DNA from: Candidatus Levyibacteriota bacterium
Lineage (GTDB): Bacteria; Patescibacteriota; Microgenomatia; Levybacterales; UBA12049
Direction of reading: 5' to 3'
Assembly (NCBI GenBank): GCA_049519175.1
Contig: JBEKQZ010000001.1
Span: forward strand, 399,679 to 463,678
Length of the DNA stretch: 64,000 bases
Positions 1 to 10,558 of the stretch are shown one piece after another. Under the pieces are notes generated by a model that was given only the letters and a program-made list of their open reading frames with translations, made no database searches and was not told where the DNA came from. The translations under genes and the position numbers were made by a program. How positions within the stretch are numbered: position 1 is the stretch's first letter; every line of letters starts with the position of its first letter.

Positions 1-27
1 TTAAGCAGGTGTAAATTATAGCACAAA

Positions 28-1179
28 TTACGCCCCCAGCAGCCATTTGAAGAAAGCTTCCGATGATTTATTAAACACTTTCTGGATTGACTGAATTGGA
101 TATTTTAAGTTAAATTTCTCAATCGGAAGGAATGTATTTTGTTCAGGCGGTGTCGGCGTTGGGACATAATCGATTTGTGGTTGACCTTTAACTTTCGCTA
201 AATTTTTATATGCGCTGTAAACCGCCGTTGGATTGCCGTTTCTCAAAAAAGTGAACTGCGTAAACGGTCCTGAATCGGCGCGCAAAAGAAACGGCGTCAC
301 CGCGACAACGTTAGGATCATTCCAGTAATTTGCAAAAGCGTCGGTATAATAATCACTTTGCGTTTGGTCGGAAACTTTGTCTGACGTCCAGCCGGTTTCG
401 GTAATAAACACCGGCAATTTTTTACCGGTTAATTGATAAATAAGCTCATTTTGATAGTAAAAACTGTAAATTCCCATGCTGTCGGTCGATGGGGAAGCGG
501 TAAATCCGGGATTTGGATATGAATGACTGGCTAGTCCGTCGACTTCGGCAAAAATTCCCGGTACTTCGTTATTCATCTCCTGCATAAACGTAAATTCATC
601 AATAGATTGTCCGGGAACATTCGCCGCTCCGTTATCCAATCCCGCCGCAATCACAAAAAAATTCGGGTTGGTTTGTTTAAAAATCTTGGTGGCGTAATCA
701 AGGATATCGGCATATGTCGCCGGGTCCGGCGTACCGCCCCATTCGTCGCCGCGATTTGGTTCATTAAAGATGACGACGTAACGATTTTTTGTCGGCCAAT
801 TTAAGGAATTTAAAAAATTGGCAAAATCTAAAACGTCGTAATCGGATGGTTCGGACCATGAACCCTGAACAAAATAGTCTCCGGTGGTCGCTAGTCGGAT
901 AATCGGAATTAAATGTCTTCTCGCGCAATCATCCATAAACGCTTGCCACTTATCTAAATTTCTGTCCGAGGCTTGAATTGGAATCGTCACGTAACCCCAA
1001 TCTCCACCTGAAGAATTAACCAGCGGTGCCGCGTCGGAAACTTCCGCCGGAAACAGAATATGAATGCCGAATTTATTATTTGGAGCACTTAGTGGATCAT
1101 AAGTGGCATGTACAACATTCACAAATTGAGAAATAGCGAATAAACACGCAACCAGTAATAAAATTCTCAATGTTTTCAT
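28..1179 (-). CDS. Secreted glycoside hydrolase, family 5 (cellulase-like); N-terminal signal peptide
   Basis: Hydrophobic N-terminal signal; 'VVIFNEPN' (GH5 acid/base NEP motif) and 'ITETGW' (GH5 nucleophile Glu motif). Confidence 0.6.
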   Translation of the reverse strand: MKTLRILLLVACLFAISQFVNVVHATYDPLSAPNNKFGIHILFPAEVSDAAPLVNSSGGDWGYVTIPIQASDRNLDKWQAFMDDCARRHLIPIIRLATTGDYFVQGSWSEPSDYDVLDFANFLNSLNWPTKNRYVVIFNEPNRGDEWGGTPDPATYADILDYATKIFKQTNPNFFVIAAGLDNGAANVPGQSIDEFTFMQEMNNEVPGIFAEVDGLASHSYPNPGFTASPSTDSMGIYSFYYQNELIYQLTGKKLPVFITETGWTSDKVSDQTQSDYYTDAFANYWNDPNVVAVTPFLLRADSGPFTQFTFLRNGNPTAVYSAYKNLAKVKGQPQIDYVPTPTPPEQNTFLPIEKFNLKYPIQSIQKVFNKSSEAFFKWLLGA

Positions 1180-1208
1180 GTCTTCTCATTTTACACCAAA
1201 CAGCAAAT

Positions 1209-2066
1209 TTAAAGCGAACAGTAGCGAGCGAAGAGGCCGGTGGAAAGTAATCTGCCGTTTGATTTTTGTTCCAAAGCTAATTCTCCGTATTCAATATTTT
1301 CTTTGTTGAGACCTAAATAATCTTCCATAGTATTAACTAACATCAGTGAGCTTGAAGAAATTGCGTAAGCATTCACAATTACAAAAACAGGATTTGGGCT
1401 TAAAATCTTCTTACAGTTTTCTAAAAGCTTGGGGAAACTTTGGTTAAAATCCCAGGTTTCTCCGTTTGGTCCGTGTCCGTAAACCGGCGGATCCGTAATA
1501 ATGGCGTCGTAGACGTTATCCCGCCTTGCCTCTCTGGCGGTAAATTCGGTGGCATCATCCAAAATCCAGCGGATTGGTTTATCTAAAAGTCCGGAAAGCG
1601 TTTGATTTTCCCTGGCCCAGGTAATTGACGGCTTTGAGCCGTCAACGTGCGTTACTTTGGCGCCCGCTTTAGCTGCTACCAAACTGGCAATACCGGTATA
1701 ACCAAATAGATTGAGAAGATTGACCGGCTTTTGCGCTTTTGAGATTTTATCCTCAATAAATTCCCAGTTTAAAACTTGCTCCGGAAATACACCGGTATGT
1801 TTAAAAGGCGTTAATTTAGCATAAAATTTAATGTTCTGAAAAGCTAACGGCCACTTTTCCGGCAAATTATTTTGACTCCACCCGCTTTCAAGATATTTTG
1901 CGTCAGCTTTATCCCATTCAACCGGTGATAAATGCGGTTGCCAAATTGCTTGAGGATCCGGTTTACTAATAATGTATTGCCCAAACCTTTCCAAACGCAG
2001 CCCATTACCACTATCCAAAAGCTCATAATCTTGCCAACCAACTGTTTTAAGAAGTTGCATAATCAA
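1209..2066 (-). CDS. Class I SAM-dependent methyltransferase, probably an RNA methyltransferase (DPPxY-type)
   Basis: 'LFGYTGIASLVAA' glycine-rich SAM motif I-like segment; 'ITDPPVYGHG' motif IV (DPPY). Confidence 0.5.
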   Translation of the reverse strand: MIMQLLKTVGWQDYELLDSGNGLRLERFGQYIISKPDPQAIWQPHLSPVEWDKADAKYLESGWSQNNLPEKWPLAFQNIKFYAKLTPFKHTGVFPEQVLNWEFIEDKISKAQKPVNLLNLFGYTGIASLVAAKAGAKVTHVDGSKPSITWARENQTLSGLLDKPIRWILDDATEFTAREARRDNVYDAIITDPPVYGHGPNGETWDFNQSFPKLLENCKKILSPNPVFVIVNAYAISSSSLMLVNTMEDYLGLNKENIEYGELALEQKSNGRLLSTGLFARYCSL

Positions 2067-2095
2067 ATCTTAGCATAAAATGATAAAATAGGAAT

Positions 2096-3061
2096 ATGTT
2101 AATCGATGAAGCGACAATTACGGTTAAAGCAGGCAATGGCGGCAGAGGCGCCGCCACTTTTAAACGCAATGCCCAAACCGCTAAAGGCGGACCAGATGGC
2201 GGTAATGGCGGCAACGGCGGCGATGTTTACGCGCAAGGTATCAACGACATTATGGCTCTAATGGAATTCCGTTACAAAAAAAGCGTCCGGGGCGAAGATG
2301 GCATAAACGGAGCAAAACAAAATCTCTATGGTAGAAACGGCAAAGAGCTGGTTGTCTTTTTTCCGATCGGCACTCTGATTACGAATTTGAGCACCCAGGA
2401 AACTTTTGAGATTTTGGATACTACCACCAAAATTTTATTGGCCAAGGGCGGCAAAGGAGGCAGGGGTAACAATGAATTTAAATCCGCCACCAACCAAACC
2501 CCTTATTATGCGGAAAAAGGCGAGCAGGGTGAACAGAAAAGATTTTTTCTTGAATTAAAACTTATTGCCGACGTTGGCCTAATCGGCTTACCGAATTCCG
2601 GTAAAAGTTCACTTTTAGACGCACTGACCAATGCCCATCCGAAAATTGGCGATTATCCGTTTACCACGCTTGAACCGAATTTAGGCGTGATGAATGGCCT
2701 AATCATTGCCGACATTCCCGGGTTAATCGAAGGCGCTTCAGAAGGCAGAGGACTAGGTGATAAATTTTTAAGACACGTTGAAAAAACTAAAGTCCTGATT
2801 CATTGCTTGGATTGTCAGTCTGAAAATTATGACAAAGACTATGAAACTGTCAGGAAAGAATTAAAAGAATACAAAAGCGATTTAACCGTTAAAAATGAAT
2901 TACTTGTTCTGACAAAATCCGACCTTATTAGTCAAAAGGACTTATCAAAGATATTAAAAATTGTGGACAAACTGAACAAAAATAATCTGGTAGTTTCTAT
3001 TTATGACGACAAAAGTCTGGAAGAACTTAAAGCCAAAATCCTCGAACTTACGCAAAAATAG
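2096..3061 (+). CDS. obg: GTPase Obg/CgtA
   Basis: Glycine-rich Obg fold ('GGNGGNGGDVY'); G1 'GLPNSGKSS'; G3 'DIPGLIEGA'. Confidence 0.9.
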   Translation: MLIDEATITVKAGNGGRGAATFKRNAQTAKGGPDGGNGGNGGDVYAQGINDIMALMEFRYKKSVRGEDGINGAKQNLYGRNGKELVVFFPIGTLITNLSTQETFEILDTTTKILLAKGGKGGRGNNEFKSATNQTPYYAEKGEQGEQKRFFLELKLIADVGLIGLPNSGKSSLLDALTNAHPKIGDYPFTTLEPNLGVMNGLIIADIPGLIEGASEGRGLGDKFLRHVEKTKVLIHCLDCQSENYDKDYETVRKELKEYKSDLTVKNELLVLTKSDLISQKDLSKILKIVDKLNKNNLVVSIYDDKSLEELKAKILELTQK

Positions 3062-3139
3062 CACCGCCATATCTTGCCGTTCGCCTTTTCAGTTCTAATC
3101 GAACACGGCTAGTTGTGCGATTTATTGACGGGTAAACGC

Positions 3140-3166
3140 AAAAAAACCCCTTGCGGGGTCTTTTCG
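3140..3166 (+). terminator. Rho-independent terminator after obg (A-tract, hairpin, T-tract; possibly bidirectional)
   Basis: 'gcaaaaaaa CCCC ttgc GGGG tcttttc': GC stem followed by a T-run, preceded by an A-run. Confidence 0.55.
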
Positions 3167-3399
3167 GGGTAATCTGCCTTGCGGCGGATCTCCTGCCTCT
3201 TCGTACTTTCGTATTCGAAGGTAAAAGCCATTATATATACTTATGAATGGTTTGTCAAGTAGCACAATTTACGTCAAACCCACCCAAAACAAAAATAGTA
3301 CCCCATCTGGACCGAAGTTCGAACCTATCTAGCCTCAATCGATCCAACTGAGAAAACTACTTTTTTAGCATTTTCTAAATTTAAAAAGGAGGAGGAAAA

Positions 3400-3840
3400 A
3401 TGAAGGATTTCACTCTTTACGACGAAACCACTTTCTATCAGAAATTTATGGCGGATTTAAAGAATTGTACCAAAGAAGTAATTATTGAGAGTCCGTATAT
3501 AACCACCGGAAGAATGAATATGCTTATGCCGATCTTCAAAAACTTACTTAAACAGAAAGTAAAAATTTACATTATGACCAGGGATCCTAAAGAACATAGT
3601 GAGAGCATGGAAATACAGTCCGAAGAGACAATCTCCCAATTTGAAAGAATGGGAGTTCAGGTTTTACTTTGCACTGGAAATCATCATCGAAAACTGGCAA
3701 TTTTAGACAGAGAAGTACTTTGGGAAGGAAGCCTAAACATTCTATCTCAAACAATAAGTAGAGAAATTATGAGAAGAATTGAGAGCAGACAGTTTGCAAT
3801 AGAGATGTTTGAGTTTCTAAAACTCGGGAGATTTATTTAG
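3400..3840 (+). CDS. Small PLD-family (HKD motif) nuclease-like protein, Nuc-like single HKD domain
   Basis: 'HHRKLAILD' = HxK(x4)D phospholipase-D/nuclease signature; 146 aa like the dimeric Nuc endonuclease; strong RBS AAGGAGGAGG upstream. Confidence 0.6.
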   Translation: MKDFTLYDETTFYQKFMADLKNCTKEVIIESPYITTGRMNMLMPIFKNLLKQKVKIYIMTRDPKEHSESMEIQSEETISQFERMGVQVLLCTGNHHRKLAILDREVLWEGSLNILSQTISREIMRRIESRQFAIEMFEFLKLGRFI

Positions 3841-4026
3841 GAAGTTAGTTGGTCACACAACTCAAGATATACGCCCGCTTATAAACAACGTTTGAAACCC
3901 ACTATATTTTTTATATTTTAATTGTCAAGAGGCAAAAAACGGTCATTTTGAAGCTAATTTTAATTAATAAATATATATAAATAATAAAGGTGTATAATCT
4001 CTCCACCTAATTACTATAGGTGAAAT

Positions 4027-5130
4027 ATGACAGAGCAAAGAGCTGAAAACACAAATGCAGCAGAGACGCAAAAGATACCACTTGTAAGCGAGGGAGGAGT
4101 TATCCGAGTCGATACGGGTATTGTTAGCGTTAATAGTAGACTACGTCATTTCTTAGCTAAACCGGCCACTTACGAACAATCACACGAAGCTCAGAGCGCA
4201 GTTTTAAAAAGCGTAGATCCCTCAATTCTAAAGCTTGTTGAAGGCTGGGACTGGGGAAGTCACAAAGTTAAGCAATTACCAGTAGGTACAAGAGCGGTTA
4301 TTTCAATTTCATATCCCAACCCCACTCATCCAGACATAAGTGTCTTCAGGCTTGGTGGAGTAATTTTGGATTCGAACGTGCCCGTAGGGACCCCACATTT
4401 CACATATCCGTGGGGAGAAAAGCCATTATTTTACAACTTTCCAATAGTAAAGGACAAAGATTGGGAGAAAAAAGGAGAAAAAGCGCAAGATTTCTTGAGA
4501 GCGAACCCAAAATTCTTACAGCTTTTGAGTCAAGGAGCTGTACAGTTCGAACTTAATAAGATTAGGGATGTAGAATTAATAATAGGCGTTGAAGAAATCA
4601 CTAGGGGAAGATTTAATAATCTTTCGGAATATCTGGCATGGCTAGAGCCAGGATTGGATAAGGCTTGGAATGTTGCTATGGAACTTAAAAGGAAATTGGA
4701 AGCAGCGGGAAAACTAAGAAGAGACACTGAAAGAGCAGGGACAATTATCTATAGACAAGAATTTGAGTACGGTAAAGATGGAAGAGATTATTACAGAGAT
4801 TCTTACAGTGCAAGTTTTTCAAGGAATTCGTGTACTTTTGAGTATTCTCACGCTACGATAAGTGGTAGCCGAACCGATTCTTTTACTCTCGAGCGAGGAA
4901 AGCAATTGTCTGATACTACTTATTCGTTACGTTCTGTTGGTTACACGACACCTGTTGTTCCTGGAGGTCAATCAATCTATACCTCATTTATCAACAGAAC
5001 TGGAACCGAGCAAGAGAAAGTTGATCCGGATCCAAATAAGCCCGTGCTCATCAGATCAAGAATAGATATGTTTGACGAATTCGCTAAGGTCTGCGATGAA
5101 GTTACAAGATCTGTTCCAAAAAAATCTTGA
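4027..5130 (+). CDS. Hypothetical protein (367 aa), no recognisable motif
   Basis: Long ORF with an AGGTGA RBS; codon usage consistent with the neighbouring island genes. Confidence 0.4.
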   Translation: MTEQRAENTNAAETQKIPLVSEGGVIRVDTGIVSVNSRLRHFLAKPATYEQSHEAQSAVLKSVDPSILKLVEGWDWGSHKVKQLPVGTRAVISISYPNPTHPDISVFRLGGVILDSNVPVGTPHFTYPWGEKPLFYNFPIVKDKDWEKKGEKAQDFLRANPKFLQLLSQGAVQFELNKIRDVELIIGVEEITRGRFNNLSEYLAWLEPGLDKAWNVAMELKRKLEAAGKLRRDTERAGTIIYRQEFEYGKDGRDYYRDSYSASFSRNSCTFEYSHATISGSRTDSFTLERGKQLSDTTYSLRSVGYTTPVVPGGQSIYTSFINRTGTEQEKVDPDPNKPVLIRSRIDMFDEFAKVCDEVTRSVPKKS

Positions 5131-5222
5131 TCACGACCAAGGTTATGATGATCATAATACTACTAGTCAAAGAGTTCGGTTTGGTTGACACTAGAAGGCT
5201 CTAGAGTTTAGTATTTATATAC

Positions 5223-6377
5223 ATGGCTAACAATTCTATGAAAAGGAAAGAATTGACTCAGGACGTAAAATTAATCAAAAAGTGCAGGAAAACCTTAATT
5301 GATTTATATTCCAGCGACATAAATAAATTTATTGATATATTTTTCTATGAAAAAGGGGTCAAGCTCGAAAATGACAGCTTCCAAATTCTCGAGCAAGCGG
5401 GAATATTAAGAAAAGAAAATAAACAATGGTTTGCAAACGTGATGGTCTTTCCGTTTAAGGGGAAATTAATTGTTACCGATTTCCTTTTATCCTTGTATAA
5501 GAAAAAGAATGGAAAATTTACGAGAGGATTAGATGATGTATGGGTAATGTTTCCGCATGAAACTCTTCTATTTATTGATAGACTTGATGATATAAAAGGG
5601 AAAGTGGCTTTGGATATGGCATCAGGCTCTGGGGCAATCTCGTTATTTTTGGCAGACAGATTTGAAAAAGTTATTGCTTCAGACATAAACCCCAAGGCAG
5701 TTAAATATGCAAGATTTAATGTTGTTTTAAATAATCTTGAGGGAAAAATAACTAATGTTCAATCGGATTTATTTTCTGCGCTTAAGGATATTAGATTTGA
5801 TTATATCTGTTGGAATGGACCAACGGTTGCACTGCCGGAAGTTAAAGAACCAGAAAAAGTTTATCCTCTTTACACTTACGGAGGTCCAGACGGAGCTGAA
5901 TTCACAAAAAAGTTTTTAGATGAGGTCTTTACGCATGTTAACGACAAATTCAAGATTAAATGGTGGGATGGTTCCTTAGGCGACTCAAGTCAATCTGTGG
6001 TTGAACAATATATTCGGAAGAACCTTTCTAAGTTTCCAATAAAAGTGACAATTGACTTTTTAAATAAGAGGCGAGGCGTTCCCTTAAGGGAATATGACAG
6101 ACTATATAAGAAGTATTGTTTGGATAAGTTCGATTTAAATCAAGGTGAAAATGGAAGAACCAAGATCGTTGAGAAATGGTACGAAATGTTAAGAAGACAA
6201 AAGCTCTTAAACGTATATATTTCCCTTATATCCATAGAGCCAAATAATCATTTCGAGGTGATCTATAAAGAAACAGACAAAACCTACGTAGGGCCAAGGC
6301 AAGTTTATGGTTTTGAATGGCATTATACATCCCGTAGATTCATTACTAATTATTTGAGAACTAATAGCGGCTTCTAA
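5223..6377 (+). CDS. SAM-dependent methyltransferase-like protein (HemK/N6-MTase-like core)
   Basis: 'LDMASGSGAISLFLA' motif I; 'DYICWNGPT' degenerate (D/N)PP(Y/F)-like motif IV; 'DIN' motif II-like. Confidence 0.45.
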   Translation: MANNSMKRKELTQDVKLIKKCRKTLIDLYSSDINKFIDIFFYEKGVKLENDSFQILEQAGILRKENKQWFANVMVFPFKGKLIVTDFLLSLYKKKNGKFTRGLDDVWVMFPHETLLFIDRLDDIKGKVALDMASGSGAISLFLADRFEKVIASDINPKAVKYARFNVVLNNLEGKITNVQSDLFSALKDIRFDYICWNGPTVALPEVKEPEKVYPLYTYGGPDGAEFTKKFLDEVFTHVNDKFKIKWWDGSLGDSSQSVVEQYIRKNLSKFPIKVTIDFLNKRRGVPLREYDRLYKKYCLDKFDLNQGENGRTKIVEKWYEMLRRQKLLNVYISLISIEPNNHFEVIYKETDKTYVGPRQVYGFEWHYTSRRFITNYLRTNSGF

Positions 6378-6494
6378 TCTTGTTTCCCTTTATTACTGCA
6401 TTACAGGTTTAAGTTGCGCATTCTAAATTTTTCCATGGATAAAGGTTCGAGCCATCCCAGATGGGTGTCTATTTTTGAAGCTATAATTCCCGAG

Positions 6495-6568
6495 TACCGC
6501 GTGCGGGAGTCGAACCCGCGATTTGGTGGCTGAAAACCACCCGTCCTAGGCCACTAGACGAACGCGGC
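6495..6568 (-). tRNA. tRNA-Glu(TTC)
   Basis: Cloverleaf on the minus strand; anticodon loop 'ttTTCag'; T-loop GGTTCGACTCC; ends +/-2 nt. Confidence 0.8.
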
Positions 6569-6650
6569 ACGAACTTTATTATAGCGTAATTGACTACTGC
6601 TAGTAAATAGCTTGTAAAGTTATAGTTGCGCTTGATATAATTCAATTTAT

Positions 6651-6725
6651 GGGCCGGTAGCTCAGCGGTAGAGCAGGAGCCTTTTAAGCTCTTGGTCCAG
6701 GGTTCGAATCCCTGCCGGCTCACCA
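6651..6725 (+). tRNA. tRNA-Lys(TTT), CCA encoded
   Basis: GGGCCGGTAGCTCAGCGGTAGAGC...; anticodon loop 'ctTTTaa'; GGTTCGAATCC; 3' CCA. Confidence 0.9.
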
Positions 6726-6732
6726 AAAAAGT

Positions 6733-7587
6733 TTAATTTATTTTATTGAGGTCGATTTTGATATCTGTAGACTTATAAAACAAACATTGTCTGGCAACTG
6801 CATTAGCAAATCTTCCCGCTTCTTCTAAATTTCCCGCCTGTTTATATTCGTAGGCAAATGAGGCGCTAAAAATATCTCCCGAACCAACTGAATCGACTAT
6901 TTCATTTTCCGGAAGCGGAACTGTCGGTAGCAGAATTTCGTTCTCGCCTTTAAAAGCAACTGCGCCTTTTTCGCCAAGTGTAACAACGGGAATGACATTC
7001 AAATCTTTAGCCCATTCTTTTGCTTGAGCAAGCATTGTCGGCGAATCCTGCTCGGAAACAATAACGATATCCATCAACGGTAGAATATCTTTTGCTTCTA
7101 TAAATTCCCTCACCAAAACATTATTCTCGGAATCGAAATTTCGATAAAATCCTTGCGGAATAAACACTTTCAAAGCACCTGATTTTAGATTTGCCGTAAC
7201 TGATTGGATATATTCCTTGGTATAAATTGGTGACTGGGGAGCAAAAAATACAATGTCAGCCTGTCGTAAAACTTCGATAATAGAATCGTCTAAATCGACT
7301 GCAAAAGCGTCTTCTCGGTTGTAAGATTTTTGGGTTCGCAGACCTCCTCTGGAAACATTTTCATAAACTAAGGTTTTGTCTGCATTGGGCTGTGTGGGAA
7401 AAATATTCACACCGGTTAGATATTGAAAAAAATCTGGTCCGTAAGAAGCAATAATACTAACGTTGCAATCACCAAATTGTTTAAAGATTTTATTCATAAA
7501 CATCGCCGGACTACCGGCGGAAGTATAAGAAGCGTTTTCCGAAACATTTTTATCAATGCAAACTGTGCCGACAATGCAGGTATTCAT
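6733..7587 (-). CDS. PfkB-family carbohydrate kinase (ribokinase-like)
   Basis: C-terminal 'GSGDIFSASFAYEY' PfkB signature 2-like anion-hole motif. Confidence 0.7.
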   Translation of the reverse strand: MNTCIVGTVCIDKNVSENASYTSAGSPAMFMNKIFKQFGDCNVSIIASYGPDFFQYLTGVNIFPTQPNADKTLVYENVSRGGLRTQKSYNREDAFAVDLDDSIIEVLRQADIVFFAPQSPIYTKEYIQSVTANLKSGALKVFIPQGFYRNFDSENNVLVREFIEAKDILPLMDIVIVSEQDSPTMLAQAKEWAKDLNVIPVVTLGEKGAVAFKGENEILLPTVPLPENEIVDSVGSGDIFSASFAYEYKQAGNLEEAGRFANAVARQCLFYKSTDIKIDLNKIN

Positions 7588-7659
7588 AGGAATGATTATA
7601 ACATAGACACTACTCTTGTTTGTTCGTAAATTTGGGACTATAATAAATGTTCGCTAAAT

Positions 7660-10539
7660 ATGGATAAATTGGTTATTAAAGGCGCAAGAGAAAACAATCT
7701 TAAGAACATTGATTTGGAAATTCCCAAAAATAAACTGGTGGTTTTTACTGGACTTTCGGGCAGCGGAAAATCGTCATTAGCTTTTGACACCATTTACGCC
7801 GAAGGACAAAGACGTTACGTCGAAAGTTTGTCATCTTACGCCAGGCAATTTTTGGGGATTATGAAAAAACCGGACGTCGATTTAATCGAGGGACTTTCTC
7901 CGGCAATTTCGATTGACCAAAAATCCGCTTCGCATAATCCGCGCTCAACCGTTGGCACGGTGACGGAAATTTACGACTACTTAAGGCTTTTATATGCGCG
8001 TATCGGGCATCCGCATTGTCCAAACTGCGGCCGGGAAATAAGCAGAATGACCAAAGAACAAATCACCAACGCTGTTTTTGAACTGTTGGATAAAAAATTA
8101 AGTAAAAATTTAAAACTGCTAATTTTAGCGCCGATTGTCAAAGACCGCAAAGGCGAATACACCGAACTATTTACGGATTTAAAGAAACGCGGTTACAAAA
8201 AAGCCAGAATTGATAAGCAGGTCTTTTCCCTTGACGAAGAATTCGTGCTGATTAAAACCAATAAACACACCATTGAAGCAATAATTGACCAAATTGTTTT
8301 AACCAAAACGACCGATCGTAGTCGAATTGCCGCCGACGTCGAGCAAGGTTTAAAACTCGGTAGCAGTGAATTGATAATTTCGATTATTAGAGACATTGGG
8401 TTTGACCTGCCCGACAAACCAAAAAAAATGGAAGATGAATTTTTTTCCGAAAAATTTGCCTGCCCGGTTTGCAATATTTTTTTGCCCGAAATTGAACCAC
8501 GCATTTTTTCTTTTAACACTCCGCACGGCGCCTGTCCGACCTGTAGCGGCCTGGGAAATATCTTAACGGTTGATAAAGATTTGGTGTTTAATGATAATTT
8601 GACGATTGGCGAGGGCGGCTTAATGCCTTACCAAAATTTGTTAAGCCACGAAACATGGGCGTCACGAACTTTTAAAGTTTTTTGCGCAGAAAACAATGTC
8701 CCATTGAATAAACGCTTGTCTGAATTTAGTAAAGAGCAAAAAGAACTGTTGCTTAACGGCACCGGCGAAAAATTGTATTACGTCGAAGGCGAAAACCGCT
8801 GGGGCAGAGAAACCGCGATTGAAGAACCGTTTATTGGCATTCTTGAAGACTTAAAACAAAAATACCAATCCACCGAATCTACTTTTCTTAAATCCCAAAT
8901 CGAAAAGTATATGCGTTTTGAAACCTGTCCACAGTGCCAAGGCGCCAGACTGAAAAAAGAAGCTTTGTCGGTCACGATTAATACTAAATCGATTGTGGAT
9001 TTTTCCGATTTGTCAATTACCGACGCTTATGCTTTTATTACCAACCTAAATTCCATCAGCGACCGGGAAAAAGAAATCGGCAAACTGATTCTTAAAGAAA
9101 TTAAGCAACGTTTAACTTTTTTAATTGATGTTGGTTTGGATTATTTAACCCTGTCCCGCGGCGCACAAACTTTAGCCGGCGGAGAAGCGCAAAGAATCCG
9201 CTTAGCATCGCAAATCGGCAGTGGTCTAACAGGCGTTTTGTATGTTTTGGATGAACCATCGATTGGATTGCACCAACGGGATAATCAGAAACTGATTGAC
9301 ACTTTAAAAAAGTTAAGAGACTTGGGCAACACGGTTCTGGTGGTTGAACACGACGAAGAAACCATGCGGCAGGCGGACTATATTATTGATTTCGGACCGG
9401 GAGCGGGCGAGCAGGGCGGACATATTGTCGCCCACGGAACAATTGCGCAAATCATTAGTAACTCCAAGTCTTTAACCGGTGAATATTTGTCAGGAAAGCG
9501 GAAAATTAAAATTATCACCGATAAGGAGGTCGCGGAAAATATGAAAATATTGAGGATTGAAGGCGCCAAAGAACATAATCTAAAAAATATCAACGTTAAT
9601 TTCCCTTTACATAAGTTAATTGTCGTGACCGGAGTTTCGGGCAGCGGCAAATCAACCCTGGTTAACGATATCTTATATCACGCCTTAATGCAAAAAAATA
9701 ATCCTTATCACCGCCAGAAGCCGGGAAAATATTCAACCATTAACGGTTTTGAAAACATCAAAAACATTTTTATGATTGACCAGTCGCCGATTGGCCGGAC
9801 GCCACGTAGTAATCCTGCCACATATATTGGCGCTTTTAATTATATCCGCGACCTTTTCGCCAAAACCAAAGACGCCAAAATTAAAGGTTATGGTCCTGGG
9901 CGGTTCTCGTTTAACGTTAAAGGTGGACGCTGTGAAGCTTGTGAGGGTGAAGGACGGATTAAAATCGAAATGCAGTTTTTGCCCGACGTTTACGTCACTT
10001 GCGAAGTTTGTAACGGAGCGCAATATAATCACGAGGCTTTGGAAGTTGAATATAACGGCAAAAATATTTCCCAAGTGCTTAATATGAGTGTCGCCGATGC
10101 ACTAACCTTTTTTAGTTTTGTTCCCGGACTATCACACAAGTTACAGACTTTGAATGACGTCGGACTTGGCTACGTTAAACTCGGGCAGCCGGCACCAACT
10201 TTGTCGGGCGGAGAAGCGCAACGGGTTAAACTGGCAGCCGAACTTTCCAAACGCGGCTCCAACGCTTTATATCTTTTGGATGAACCGACCACCGGCTTGC
10301 ATTTTGCCGATTTGGAAAAATTACTGAACGTTTTAAGAAGATTGGTTGACTTGGGTAATACCGTCATTGTCATTGAACACAACCTGGACGTTATCAAGAA
10401 TGCCGACCATATTATTGATCTTGGACCCGAAGGCGGAGAAAAAGGCGGAGAGTTGGTAGTTGCCGGAACGCCGCAGGAAGTGGCGAAAAATAAATTATCC
10501 TACACCGGAAAATTCCTCAAGACAAGACTTGGAATTTAA
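7660..10539 (+). CDS. uvrA: Excinuclease ABC subunit A
   Basis: Two ABC ATPase modules ('GLSGSGKSS', 'GVSGSGKST', 'LSGGEAQR' x2) and zinc-finger Cys clusters; 959 aa. Confidence 0.95.
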   Translation: MDKLVIKGARENNLKNIDLEIPKNKLVVFTGLSGSGKSSLAFDTIYAEGQRRYVESLSSYARQFLGIMKKPDVDLIEGLSPAISIDQKSASHNPRSTVGTVTEIYDYLRLLYARIGHPHCPNCGREISRMTKEQITNAVFELLDKKLSKNLKLLILAPIVKDRKGEYTELFTDLKKRGYKKARIDKQVFSLDEEFVLIKTNKHTIEAIIDQIVLTKTTDRSRIAADVEQGLKLGSSELIISIIRDIGFDLPDKPKKMEDEFFSEKFACPVCNIFLPEIEPRIFSFNTPHGACPTCSGLGNILTVDKDLVFNDNLTIGEGGLMPYQNLLSHETWASRTFKVFCAENNVPLNKRLSEFSKEQKELLLNGTGEKLYYVEGENRWGRETAIEEPFIGILEDLKQKYQSTESTFLKSQIEKYMRFETCPQCQGARLKKEALSVTINTKSIVDFSDLSITDAYAFITNLNSISDREKEIGKLILKEIKQRLTFLIDVGLDYLTLSRGAQTLAGGEAQRIRLASQIGSGLTGVLYVLDEPSIGLHQRDNQKLIDTLKKLRDLGNTVLVVEHDEETMRQADYIIDFGPGAGEQGGHIVAHGTIAQIISNSKSLTGEYLSGKRKIKIITDKEVAENMKILRIEGAKEHNLKNINVNFPLHKLIVVTGVSGSGKSTLVNDILYHALMQKNNPYHRQKPGKYSTINGFENIKNIFMIDQSPIGRTPRSNPATYIGAFNYIRDLFAKTKDAKIKGYGPGRFSFNVKGGRCEACEGEGRIKIEMQFLPDVYVTCEVCNGAQYNHEALEVEYNGKNISQVLNMSVADALTFFSFVPGLSHKLQTLNDVGLGYVKLGQPAPTLSGGEAQRVKLAAELSKRGSNALYLLDEPTTGLHFADLEKLLNVLRRLVDLGNTVIVIEHNLDVIKNADHIIDLGPEGGEKGGELVVAGTPQEVAKNKLSYTGKFLKTRLGI

Positions 10540-10558
10540 AATAAGCTATAATGTTTTA

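Noticed and set aside
3290-3335. tRNA T-loop-like sequence 'ggaccgaagttcgaacctatc' in the obg-downstream intergenic region (possible att remnant of tRNA-Glu)
   Set aside because: No convincing T-stem pairing or acceptor stem can be drawn, and similarity to the tRNA-Glu 3' end is limited to the generic TCGAACC core; I cannot tell an att scar from chance. A self-BLAST of the window would be needed.
6481-6726. 81-aa minus-strand ORF
   Set aside because: Covers tRNA-Glu and tRNA-Lys; its translation contains tRNA-derived sequence (e.g. 'GFEPWT'); spurious.
8193-10397. Multiple 60-113 aa ORFs on both strands inside uvrA (8193..8519, 8778..8975, 9378..9650, 9733..10074, 9776..10087, 10170..10397)
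   Set aside because: All nested within the strongly supported uvrA coding region; alternative-frame artefacts.
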